Of a stretch of 64,000 nucleotides of DNA, positions 27,891 through 40,462 are shown in pieces. How positions within the stretch are numbered: the stretch's first letter is position 1; each line of letters opens with the position of its first letter. A model generated the notes under the pieces. It was not told where the DNA came from. It searched no databases and saw only the letters and a list, made by a program, of their open reading frames with translations. Source of the DNA: the human T2T-CHM13v2.0 reference genome, Homo sapiens; NCBI RefSeq assembly GCF_009914755.1, contig NC_060940.1; one strand, written 5' to 3'. The translations under genes and the position numbers were made by a program.

Positions 27891-28831
27891 TAAGATTTCA
27901 ATAGCTTTCTGGCTCTGATCAAGCTCTGGCCTCAGTGTCTTGCACCCACCTCCCAAGCCCCTGCCACAAGACACTGCTGGCAAGTGGATTCTGCTCCACG
28001 GAAGAGATTCTGCACCTTGTTTAACTGGTTTCTAGCCAACGCTATGTGACATCCCTCCAAAGTGGGCCACAGCAAGTCCTGTGCAGCCTGGCTCTCTCTC
28101 CTTGGGCCTTCTGAATGGCCTCTCCCCCTTCACACCAGTTAGTCAATGCCATTAATCAAAATCCTATAGCAGAAAACGCATGCATAAGTCTGACACATTT
28201 ATTGCTATGGCAACAATTCAGGCACTTGTCCCAGTGTCAAGCTATATCAGTGGAGATAAATTCTATTGTTTTCACAGTGACAGTTTTCTCTGTGTTGGAC
28301 TTAATCCATGGAAAAATATAGCCTTTCTCCTTATTTAAGAGAGTGAGAGAGAGCTGGAAAGAAAAAGAAAGTGACCTCTGGGTTTCTTACCCCATGCATT
28401 CAGAACTGAAATAAAATTTTTTCCTTTCTTCTAAAAATGAAGGAAGACATTCAGGGATTTGAAGCCGCATCATACTGATCAATTGATCAGCAGTATCCCC
28501 ATAACCAAGATTCTGTTATTTGGAACCTGGAGTTCTGAGTGGAGCCAAATACATGAAGAAAATTTGCGAAATCCTGCTCTGCAATGGCTTTCACTGTCTT
28601 AGCCTATGCCAGGGCCCAGCCCTTTGGACACACTGGTGACTTCAAACTGATGCATCTGCAAACAGTGTTGGTAAATAGAAACGGGCTTGCTCATAATACA
28701 CGTTTTCCCCCGATGAATAGCATCTCTCACCCAGAGAGATGGCCTCTTGTGTTTTGTGGAAAAGAGTGAAAGGTCTTTCCCCCACATCTTCCCCAAACAT
28801 TTTTGCCTGGAATCTCAGGGCACAGTGGTAT

Positions 28832-29367
28832 TTATTTATTTTTTTTTTTTTTGCGGTAATATTTTTCAGCTTTTTAAAATCAGGGATACATGTGCAACTT
28901 TGTTATAAAAAGGTATGTTGTATGATACTGAAGTTTGGGATATGAATGAATCCATAACCCAAGTAGTGAGCAAAGTATCCAACAGGTGGTTTTTCAGCCT
29001 TTTCCCCCTTCCCTCTCTCTCCATCCATCCTCAGTGTCTTTTGTGCCCATGTTTATGTTCATGTGTACCCAGTGTTTAGCTCCCACTTATAAGTGAGAAT
29101 ATACAATATTTGGTTTTCTGTTTCTGCATTAATTTGCTTAGGAAAATGGCCTCCAGCTGCATTCATGTGGCTGCAAACAATATGATTTTTTTCCTTTTTA
29201 TGGCTGTATAGTATTCCATGGTGCATATGTACCACATTTTCCTTATCCAATCCACTGTTGATGGGCACCTAGGTTGATTCCATGCCTTTGTGATTGAGAA
29301 TAATGCCGTGATGAACATGAAGTGCAGGTGTCTTTTTGGTAGATACTTTATTTTTCTTTGGGTATAT
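28832..29367 (-). mobile_element. L1PA15/16-type 3' end
   Basis: Poly(T), then TTTAGCTCCCACTTATAAGTGAGAA; ORF2 end WNQPRCPSTVDWIRKMWYI. Confidence 0.88.
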
Positions 29368-29608
29368 TTAAATCTGGCTTCTGTATTATATGCCTTTGAA
29401 GGCAAACTAAACCCACATTTCGAGAGAAAGCCAATTTGCCTTCTATAACCTGTTTGTTCCCTTTCTACACTGAATCTCTTTCCCATCCTTCCTGCCAGAA
29501 TCAATGCCCAAATCTAAAATTAAATCTGAGTCTGGAAACTTTTTTGAGCATTGGTGTGTCCCCAGTAACCTGGTAGGCACTGAGAAGAATGCAAAAGAAG
29601 CAAGAAAC

Positions 29609-29904
29609 AGCCAAGCACAGTGTCTCACACCTGTAATCCTAACATTTTGGGAGGCTGAGGTGGGAGGATCATTTGAGCTCAGGAGTTCAAGACCAGTCTG
29701 GGCAATACAGCAAGACCTCATCTCAAAAAAAAAAAAAATTAACTAGGCATAGTGGTGTGCACCTGTCATCCAAACTATGTGGGAGGATGATGGTTGGAGG
29801 ATTGCTTAAGCCCAGAATCCAAGGCTACAGTGAGCTGTGATTGACACTGCACTTCTGCCTGGGTGACAGAGTGAGACCTTGTCTCAAAAAAAAAAAAAAA
29901 AAAA
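29609..29904 (+). mobile_element. AluJ
   Basis: Full Alu with poly(A); TSD AAAAG(A/G)AG(C/T)AAGAAAC. Confidence 0.92.
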
Positions 29905-30021
29905 GGAGTAAGAAACATTGTCTCTAAGTTGCTGATAGTCTAGTGGGAAAACACTAACAGTCTCTGCCTACCAACTGTTCAACCACCCACTGTATGCCAG
30001 GTGCTTCCCACACAACACCTG

Positions 30022-30511
30022 TGTATTAGTTTCCACTTGCTGCTGTAAGAAACTACCACATATTCAGAGGCTTACAGCAACATAACTTTATTCTCCTACA
30101 GCTCTGGAGACTGGAAATCCAAAATGGATCTCACTGTCCTGAAAGCAGGTGTCATCCAAGCTGCATTTCCCAGCCTTTTCTAATTCCCAGGACACCCACA
30201 TCCCTTGGCTTGTGGCCTCATTCTTCCATCTTCAAAGTCAACAATCTCAGTCTTATAGCACCTTCCTGTAGTGCCATCTCTCTGGTTCTCTTCTGCCTCA
30301 CTTTTCCCTTTTTAAAGATCCTCATGATTACATTGGGCCCACGAAGATAATTCAGGATAATCTCCCTGTTTTAAGGTTAACTGATTAGCATCCTTAATCC
30401 CATCTGCATGTTTAATTCCCCTTTCTTTTCTATGTAACATAACATATTCCCAAGTTCCAGGGATTAGGATGTGGACATCTTTGTAGGGAAGGTATTGTTC
30501 TGCCTACCACA
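30022..30511 (-). mobile_element. MLT1C/D MaLR solo LTR
   Basis: TGTATTAGTTTCC...GATTACATTGGGCCCAC...GGGATTAGGATGTGGACATCTTT...CTACCACA. Confidence 0.87.
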
Positions 30512-32060
30512 CTTGTAAGTTTTTTAACTTCCCTGTAAGGTAGGTATTATCCTGATTTTACAGATGAGAAAACTCAGGGTCAAAGAATTAGTCTTACAGG
30601 GGACCATACAGCTAAATAAATGGTGTAGATGAAAATGGAACACAGTTTCCAAAGAATTCCGCAGTATTTCCTACCTAGATCACAGTTCTTCTCGTTTGTT
30701 TACTCAACAGATAGTCTTTATTAAGCACCTACTACGTGAATTTCTGAGAAACATGCATATTTGAGGGCAGAGCTGAAAGAAAAACAAGGCAATGTCCCTG
30801 AAAGAAAAACAGGATGGTGTATAATTAGATTAGGAGTTGTGCCATTCCTACAAAAAGGAAACTCAGTATGAGCTAAGGTCATCCAGGAAGGCTTCTAGGA
30901 TGTAGTGCTGGGCCCACATTAAAAGAAGGGTATAGAAAAATGGCTCTTTCCTTCCAGTTTCTTTGGTATATGAACATGGGGGAAGAGGTACCCTCAACTC
31001 TTGTCCTCAGATTTTTGGGGAGTCCATCCCAGGGCAGGAAGACTTCATTCTTTCCAATCCTGGAGTTCAGAGTTGCTGTTCCAACTTCCACAGAGGCCTC
31101 AGCAAATTGCAACCAAGGTCATTCCCCCTTGGATTTAGAGTGGAGTTGGATGCTGTGTTCTGTCAATCCAGGGTGCTAAAGGCAAGAGCTGATAGAGCCA
31201 AAGCTCTCCATTATGTTGCACAAGACCTGCATTTCCCATGATAAGCACAAGGCCGAGGCCTCCTTTACTTTTCATTTTCTTTCTTCCCCTTCCTTTCTGT
31301 CATCTTTTCTTTTCCTTTTTTTTCCTTTCCTTTCTTTCTTTCCTTTTGTTTTTTGGCTTCTTTCTCAAAAAAGGAACTGGGACCACAGGATAGGTGTTGT
31401 ATGTCCTGAAGACTCTCTTGGGCATCTCAGACATACGAATGTGGCATGTGGTTCTTAGTGGATTTCCCTCTGTGGATCACATGAGCTCCTTCTGTGTTGG
31501 GTCCCGGTTAGGCCTTTGTTCTGGTGAGGCCTCTGGCCCCTTAGTCCCAGTGTGCAGTAGCAGAAGGTAAGACGGCACTGCCCTGCTAGCCACAGTCCTC
31601 TCCAGGTCTGGCAGAGGGGGAGTTGCTTGGGGGACAAACCTTTTTCTCCTGAAATGCAAAGAGGAGCTCTGCATCTGGATCAAGGCATGGGTGCAGGAGA
31701 AGGAAGTGATGGGGTATTAGGGGAAGGGCCTTTGCAATGGCATTTTCTAAGCCCTGAGAATCCTCTCTCCATGAATTATGGAAGAAAGGTGGCATTTAAA
31801 CATCATGCTTTCAGGACACTGGGTAAGCCTAAAAAGAGGCCCAGAGAACCTGAAAGAAGAAAACCAGGTGAGAGAGGTCTAGAGTGAAAGAGGGAAGGAA
31901 GGGAAAGAACCTAGAGAAATGGCAGATAGCAGGGGTGGGCTAGAGCAATGAGCCACAGGAACGGAGGAAAGGATTCAGCAGAAACTACAGAATTTCTAGA
32001 TAGGAGGAGTCTAGGAAAAGCAGGCTGGTAGAAAGGAGGGCTTGAAGATGGCCTTCAGAG

Positions 32061-32781
<721 letters not shown>

Positions 32782-33334
32782 CAGAGCTGTATACAGAGAC
32801 TAAGAGGCCATCAATTACCATCTCAAATAATGGTGGGGCAATAAAGATTATGGGAATATAATGGCAGCCTTGGGGCCAACACTGGGTCTACTAAACTGGA
32901 ATGAAGATGAAGAATGGATTGCAGTAGGCCTTGCAGTGTGAGCTGAGATGGTACGACTGGGGCCACACCAGCAACCAGACCAAGTTCAGAGAAATTGCTA
33001 GGGATCAGAGTGGTAGGGGAACATGTGAATAAAGGGAGAAAACTCAGGGGTGGCTGTGGGGGCCTACTTGTTCTCTGGCAATCTTGTTAGTTATTTCAGT
33101 GCCTGTAGTTCTAGACAGTGGGAAGTATGAATCTCACTGTTGCACTGTATAAAACACAGTTGCCAAAATCTGCTTAAAGACTAGGGGATGTCTGTACCCT
33201 GGGGAGGAAAGGGGCCACTTAGAGTGTGTGAAGATCTCAGGGAAAGGCTACAAGGAACAAAGTAGATTTGGAAGTGAAGGTTGAGGCAAATTGTTGTTGC
33301 TCCTAAAGCATGAAGAAAAATCCTTTGCTCTAAA

Positions 33335-33860
33335 GCAGTTTCCCAAATTCCAGCTGATCACGTTTCACCTTCATGGGTTAGGCCACATCCCTGTCCTATA
33401 CACCATGTGTATATTTCTGTACTATCCCTGATCACCTCTCTGTGTTATTTGGTTAGTTATTTTTAATTGACTTTTTGTAGTTAAATTTATTTGAAAGAAA
33501 GATGTGTATCACTTATAATCAGAAAATAAGTATCTCCCTAAAGAGAAGCTAAACACAAAATAAATAAACTGGAAATGAAACAATGTGATTAAATGATATG
33601 TGCTTATGATTTTCACTGAAAGCTTTCCTCCTGAGAGCAGGTGTCTGTTTGTGGAAGAGGAATTTATTAAGAGTGGTAGAGAATTACCTAAGACAAAACA
33701 GCTTTAAACAGAAACTTTCTCCATGGGGCAATTAAAAGGATTGAAAGCAAATTGAGACAGAAGTAACATCTTCGCCATCAGATTCAACGTTGTATCTGCT
33801 GTAACATCTAAAACCATCTCCCAAACACTGGTGGTAGCGTCCAGTATTGGGGGAGATGCT
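33335..33860. mobile_element. Old hAT-Charlie element
   Basis: CAGTTTCCCAAA start and CATCTAAAACCATCTC...GGGGAGATGCTG end; related sequence at ~63715-64000. Confidence 0.5.
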
Positions 33861-35234
33861 GCTGACAGGTGGTGTCCTAGCACAGTTCCCTGGAGAATGG
33901 CCTGAGGAAAAGCTTATGGGCTGGGGCTTTACTGGAGCACACAACACCAGGACAGCAAAAGTGAGGAAAAAGAGATGAGCATCAGGGAGGAAGGAAGAAA
34001 AAAATACCAGGAAGTGCTTTACTGAGCTGGCCACAGCCTTGCAAGAAACACAACCCATCGCTTGGTCAAGTAGGACATCTCTCAAGAAACTATGGAACCT
34101 CTGCAACTTGCAACTTGTCTGTGAGAAGAAGGAAGAGGGAGGGGTTTATTTGCAGACTTTTTCCCATCTCTTTCCTCTCATTGGATAGAGTTTGCTTCAC
34201 AAAGGTTTCTCCTCCACGATTCCAACATGCATTCTACTCATTGCATTCTGTGGGTCCAAACTGGTTAGACTGAGCACTGGGGGTAGAGCAAAGACAAGGA
34301 CAATGGAGGTCATGCTGAAATGCAGCTTCACCCCCAGGGGAGGCGGAGGCAGCCAACAGTGTTAGGAGATGGGGTGATGGTGGTGGAGACTGAAGCACCT
34401 CCATACCCTCTACTGTACACTAACAGGCTCAGTAAGTAATGTGGGAAACCCCATCCCATGCTGAAGCTTTTTGTATCTGAGCTGTTCTATCACCTCCGTT
34501 CCTTCTTTTGTAGAGTGAGAGACAGGACAGGTAATGCAGGATTTCCATCCTGTGGATCTGTGGATCTAGGAAGCAGGCAGGGGCAGGAGCGAGCAAATCC
34601 AACAAGACATGTCCACTCGTTCCTGCACCGGTGTTGACGAAGGTCTACAACTTACTGAGTTGAAATGAAAATTTATGGCAAGAGGAAATGGGGAGATACA
34701 TAATTAGCCAAAAATTGTGATTTGGGAAAAGAACAACACACTTGCTTTGCCACAACTTTCTGGCACTGAGAATCAGGGAACAAATTCGGAGCTGGAAGGT
34801 GATGCTAAAATCACCTCCTCTAACTCCTTCATTTTATGGTAGGAGAAACTGAGTCCCAGAAAAATAAAGATCTGTGCACACAGTCATGGGCATGGCTGAG
34901 ACATGAACCCAGTTCTACCAACCTGAAAGCCAGCACACACACCACTCAGGCACACTCCAGCCACAGGAATAATGACCTTCTCCACCTCACCATGAAATGG
35001 CATGGCACTTATCAGAATTACATTTCCAGCTTACTACTTTGCTTAATAATGTATTTAAGTGGAGTTACCATTAAAAGTCCATGATACAGAAGCAAGAAAT
35101 TAGGAGATGGGGTAATGGTGGTGGTGGCTGAGACACCTCAATCACTCTGTGACTTATTCTGTTTACTCTGTTCCTAGCCTACCATTCTATCCAATATACT
35201 GCATTGGTTTAAATGATATGTATTTTCATATTTT

Positions 35235-35351
35235 ATATATATATATGTCACAGTGTATCTATAATGTGTGTACACATACACACACTATTATATTAATAAA
35301 TATAGATGTAGATATATACACAAATACACACACACACACACACACACACAC
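35235..35351. repeat. (TA)n/(CA)n low-complexity stretch ending in (CA)~13
   Basis: Direct inspection. Confidence 0.85.
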
Positions 35352-36229
35352 GTTTTAAATTGTCAGAATGTTCCTGGTCAAGGGCCGGTCTCCTTCACTT
35401 ACCTCAATGACATTGGTAAAATCACTCTTTGGGCAACATGGCATTATACCATGTATTCCCCATGGCAGGTTTACGTTGGTTTTTTTTTTTTTTGGTTTGG
35501 TTTGGTTTTCCTTTTCTTTAGCTGACATTTTAAAATGTGCATTTATTTTTCTTTTTGTGAAATGTTCTTTTGTGGAAATGAAACTGTGTTTGCATAACAA
35601 CTAAGATCTTTGTTTTAAAATTGTTGTTGTTCTAAGGAAGTTTTGTCTCTGGGGAAAAAAATAAATTCATGAGACAAGCCCAGATAGAGAGTTGAATTGG
35701 GGAGCCGAGTTAAAGGGGAGCTATGTGGAGAGGAAGATGAGGGAAAGTTTGCTTTACTTTAGGATATTACAAGTACGCAGCAATCTTTTCCATTAGAGTG
35801 GGGAATGGGATTTCGTTTTGGTTCCAGTGCTGGTATGGAACTTTCTGTTTTGCTCTACTCAAGGAAGCAATAAGATGTCAAAATGCTATGGACACAGGGT
35901 TGTGTAGTAAAAGGGGAACTTTCTCAGGAGTCAAAAGAGCTAAGTGCTAGCCCTCATCAACCCTAATCCTCAAATTTTCAGGTGCAAAATTGGGAATAAC
36001 AACACCTTTCCAGTCTCACTGGGAACTTTTGCATCAGAATCCCGTTGTAGGGGGGAAATATATGTTGGCAAAACTAGAAAAATTCTCCCTCCTGAAATTA
36101 CCTGTGCTCAAATTAGGGAAGTCCATGACCTTCCCAAACTCCATAGTGGACCTTTATCCATTGGAGGGGCTGTCAATCCATCTCCATCTCCCATTTCCTC
36201 TGCTGTGGCAAAGGTTAGTCTCCATCCTC

Positions 36230-36964
36230 CAAAGGTTCCTGCTTCCCATTCCATGATGCAGAGCATTGCTAGGAAACAGCTCTCCCAGGTGGGGTTGTAT
36301 TTCTCACTTCCTTGGCAATTCAAAAGGGATCATGTGAGTTCTGGCCAATGGAATGTGAACAGAAGTGATGCCCACCACTTCAGATGTAGCCCATTAAAAA
36401 GAGGCAGAAATGCTGGGTGCAATGGCTCACGCCTGTAATCCCAGTGCTTTGGGAGGCCAGGGTGAGAGGGTCACTTGAGCCAGGAGTTTGAGACCAGCCT
36501 AGGCAATATACAGAGACCCCATCTCTACAAAAAGTAAAAAAAATTTAAAAAAGTAGTTTGCCAGGCATGGTGTCATGCACCTGGCATATAATCTCAGCTA
36601 TTCAGGAGACTAAGGCAGGAGGATCTCTTGACCCCAGGCTTTCAAGTTTTCAGTGAGTTATGATTGTGCCACTGCACTCCAGCCTGAGCAACAGGCCTTG
36701 TCTCTAAAAACAAAAACAAAAAACTCTTTACCCCAGGAATATAGAAGACCTACAGTGTAAATTTGGGAGCTACATGTCAGGATGCAGAGGTATCAGACAA
36801 AATAACCTAGATCCCTAAATTACCCCTTGAAAGTGAGCCTTCTAATTAGAAACAACCAAAATGGACTATTATGTAAGTTGGAAATAAACTTGTACTGTGT
36901 TAAGCCAATACAGAAAATTGAGGATATTATCTTGTATGGCAGCTGGCATTCCTTTCATTAATAC
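36230..36964 (+). mobile_element. MLT1 MaLR LTR
   Basis: CATGTGAGTTCTGGCCAATGGAATGTGAACAGAAGTGATG...GAAATAAACTTGTACTGTGTTAAGCCA...TTAATAC. Confidence 0.75.
36411..36723 (+). mobile_element. AluJ inserted in an MLT1 LTR
   Basis: Alu arms with a (CAAAAA) tail. Confidence 0.9.
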
Positions 36965-38589
36965 CACTTTTGAGCAGTTCCATAATTTCCTTTTGGGAAA
37001 TTACCTTGTCCGTTGTGTGTCAACTGGATGAGATAGCAAATCAGGTGCTCATTTCCCATGATGGAAGCCAAAAAGGCCCTATCTTTTCCTCTCCTCTCCT
37101 CAGCACAGCCAGGGAGCCACCAGGGAACATGACTTAAACTCAACCAATCGCATACTGTGTTAGGAGAGAGTGAAACCAGGAGAGAGGTATTTTCATGTTT
37201 GGAGGTGGTAGTAGCTTTCTCGTCCCTCTGCTCTGCTACAAGATACTTTCTGTAATTCCTATTTTCTAGCCCTTCAGAGTTGTCCTGGTTCCTGTCCATT
37301 TCTAATCAAGCTCAAAGCTCTCAGCAATTCTGTGAGCTTCTGATATCCTTCCAATAAATGTTCACTTCTTAAGTTAGTTGGACTTAGTTTCTTTTGCCTA
37401 TGACTAGGATGCTCTAGTTAATACTACACCCTTAAAAGAACAAACACTAAAAATAAAATTTAAAAGAGCCCATGTTCCAATAGGTAGCTTAAATATTGAG
37501 TTTGTTAAACAATATTCATGGCAAACCTAGATCTCTTAAAATATAAATACGCTTTACCTAGATGTCTGCTTGAGTTTTGCAGGTGTATGGTGTGGGAAAG
37601 GGAAATTAGGAAAGAATTAATTGTGTGGTTTTCCATAAGTTGCAAGAAATATAAAGACAGTGTAGTCAAGTCAGAGAAACTGTGATTGATTTATTACATT
37701 ACAGTTCATTAAAAGTGTTCTATTGCCTTTTAAAAACCATCTAGTCATTAAAAAATCTTTGCGAATACAGCTTCCAACATCATTATAAGGGATTCTTGAC
37801 AGCTCTTCATTTTTAATGGTGCTGTTATAAACAGACTCCATAATGGTTCTGCTTAGTGGGAGGCTGGTCTGGAGGCCAGTGACTAAAGGAGTCCGGGCTT
37901 ACGTGGTGGCCCTGTGCAAAGACTGAGTCTGAAGCTAATTTGTGCAGAGTGATTGAAGAACTTCAGTTTTGTGGTGTGATACTGAAGGAACTTTCTAAAA
38001 GGAGCTAGAATACCAAACAGGGCTCTAAAATGTATTTTCTCCTGTAAATCTGAGACAAGAACAAACAACTGAAGTGTCAGATTGTTCTTAAACGTCCAAC
38101 AGGAAGAAATGGGACTTAAATGCAATTCAAATTGGAAAGGAAAGACTGTGCCTCAGGCCGACTGAAGGGAAAATGGTGGTTTTCTAATTTGTAGCAAATG
38201 GAGATGAGCTCTCAGCTGGTTTGGCCAGGGTTCCCAAGAGATCAGGTCGCAGGACGTGGGAGGGAGGCTGCACTTGGGCCACTGCTGCTTCCCTCTTCTC
38301 TGCCCACTACCCACCCTAGGGAAAGTACGAGAAATATAGCCTGCATCCTCAGGATATGGAAATGCCCATTGCACCCCAGAAATGAATGCAGACTTCAATC
38401 AGTTGCACCCAATTCATTTCCACAAATGTTTACTGAGCACTTACTATGTCCCTGGCACCGTGTCAGACATTGTGGGGATATGAAGATGAAGGGGGTATAA
38501 TGTGTTGTCAGAACTAGTTTGACCACTCAAGACCAAAGGGAAACTTGAGCATGGCTGGTAACAGAAGTGCTGAAGGGGTTAGGGAAGAT

Positions 38590-39120
38590 GTCTATTATTT
38601 GTACCTGCCCAGCATCCCCTCTTCTGGAGACAAAAACCTTTTTTTTCTTTAGATGAAATGCCTTTCCACTCAGATGAGGCTGACTCCTACACCACCCTAC
38701 TTCATGCCCTGGCTGCAGAGCTGGGCACATGTTCCAGGTCTGAACAATCAGAACATCTCCACTCTCCTGGCTCTAGTGGTCAGCTCAGGCATGGACACTT
38801 GACCCAAGCCAGAACAATGAAACTCAACTCCAGCACTTTGGCTGGAACTATTGAAGTTCCTATGGAAGAGGTGTTGAGTTTTCACTGGGGTTATGCAGCC
38901 AATGGATGCAAACTTGGAGTTCCTGGCAGGTGTGTTGTTCCTACATGAGGAGCTTTTGTTTGAAAATAAAAACAAGACAGGGGAGCAGAGTTAAAAGATG
39001 GACAAATACAGTTACCTGATGACATCGTTGAACATCTGCTTCCTTCTCTGCCTGAAGCCTTTTTACCCTGGATATTTTTAAAAAGTGGGCCACTTGCAAC
39101 TGAAAAGAGCCCTGATTGTT
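38590..39120 (+). mobile_element. LTR16-like ERVL LTR
   Basis: GGCACATG...GACACTTGACCCAAGCC...CACTTGCAACTGAAAAGAGCCCTGA; subfamily uncertain. Confidence 0.55.
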
Positions 39121-39912
39121 ACTAGAACAGTGGCATTGTGTGGAAAGAATTAAGTCAGATCTCCAGGAATCAAGCATGGCTATTGAGCAGGTGCCACCTG
39201 AACTGGCTGAAGGGCAATTTATGAAACTCCACATGCCTTTCATGTCCTCGATTCTGCGCTCAGCCATTGTGGTCACAGTCATTCCTGGGAAGTGCTTTGC
39301 CTTGCTTTGTGTCACATGGTCCTGTGTACTGGTCACTTGCCCCATTTGCTCTTCAATCCCTTGCCCGCCTTGGCCTTGCCCTCTTCTGTATCCCAGGGGA
39401 CTGGCCCTTGACAATTATGATGCCTAGGCTCCATAGCAACAGGCTTTTGGTAGGAGTCTCATGGGAGCCCCAACAGGAGATTAAAGACTGGGAGAAGGGA
39501 TAGAGCTAAAGTATTGATATGCCCCTATCTCCTTGGGACTCTCTTTGGCAGTAGCTACATCACCTCTTGGATTCCAGTTCCCACCAGGCAGTCCCTACCA
39601 TGGCTCCAGCTCTCACAGGTGACTCTGGTTCCTGGACACTTGTAACTCGTCCTGCTCTCTTTGTCCCTCCAGTCCTATGAGCAGTAATGCTTCCTTACCA
39701 TTGCTAAATCTGGATTGCCTCACCATCTCCTATTTGCTTTTTGTACTCTTCTAATTGTCCGAGGCATTCCAACTAGAGCAAGTCCATCTTAAATAGGGGA
39801 TGGGTAAAATAAAGCTAAGACTTACTGGGCTGCATTCCTAGGAGGTTACATATTCTAAGTCACAGAATGAGATAGGAGGTTGGTACAAAATAGAGGTCAT
39901 AAAAACCTTGCT

Positions 39913-40316
<404 letters not shown>

Positions 40317-40432
40317 CTAATTATAATGCATTATCATGTTAAAGACACTCCCACAAGCCATGACAGTTTACAAATGCCATGGCAACGTCAGGAAGTTATC
40401 CTGTATGGTCTAAAAAGGGGAGGAACCCTCAG

Positions 40433-40462
40433 TTCTGGGAAGTGCCCACCCCTTTCCCAGAA
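40433..40462. promoter_or_regulatory. Tandem GAS (STAT, TTCN3GAA) motifs within MER41B
   Basis: TTCTGGGAA at 40433-40441 and TTCCCAGAA at 40454-40462. Activity not shown. Confidence 0.6.

Noticed and set aside
35944-36438. 164-aa ORF
   Set aside because: GTG start, runs through an MLT1 LTR into an Alu, no recognisable domain.
38941-39503. 157-aa and overlapping ORFs
   Set aside because: They lie in old LTR-like sequence and show no protein-like features.
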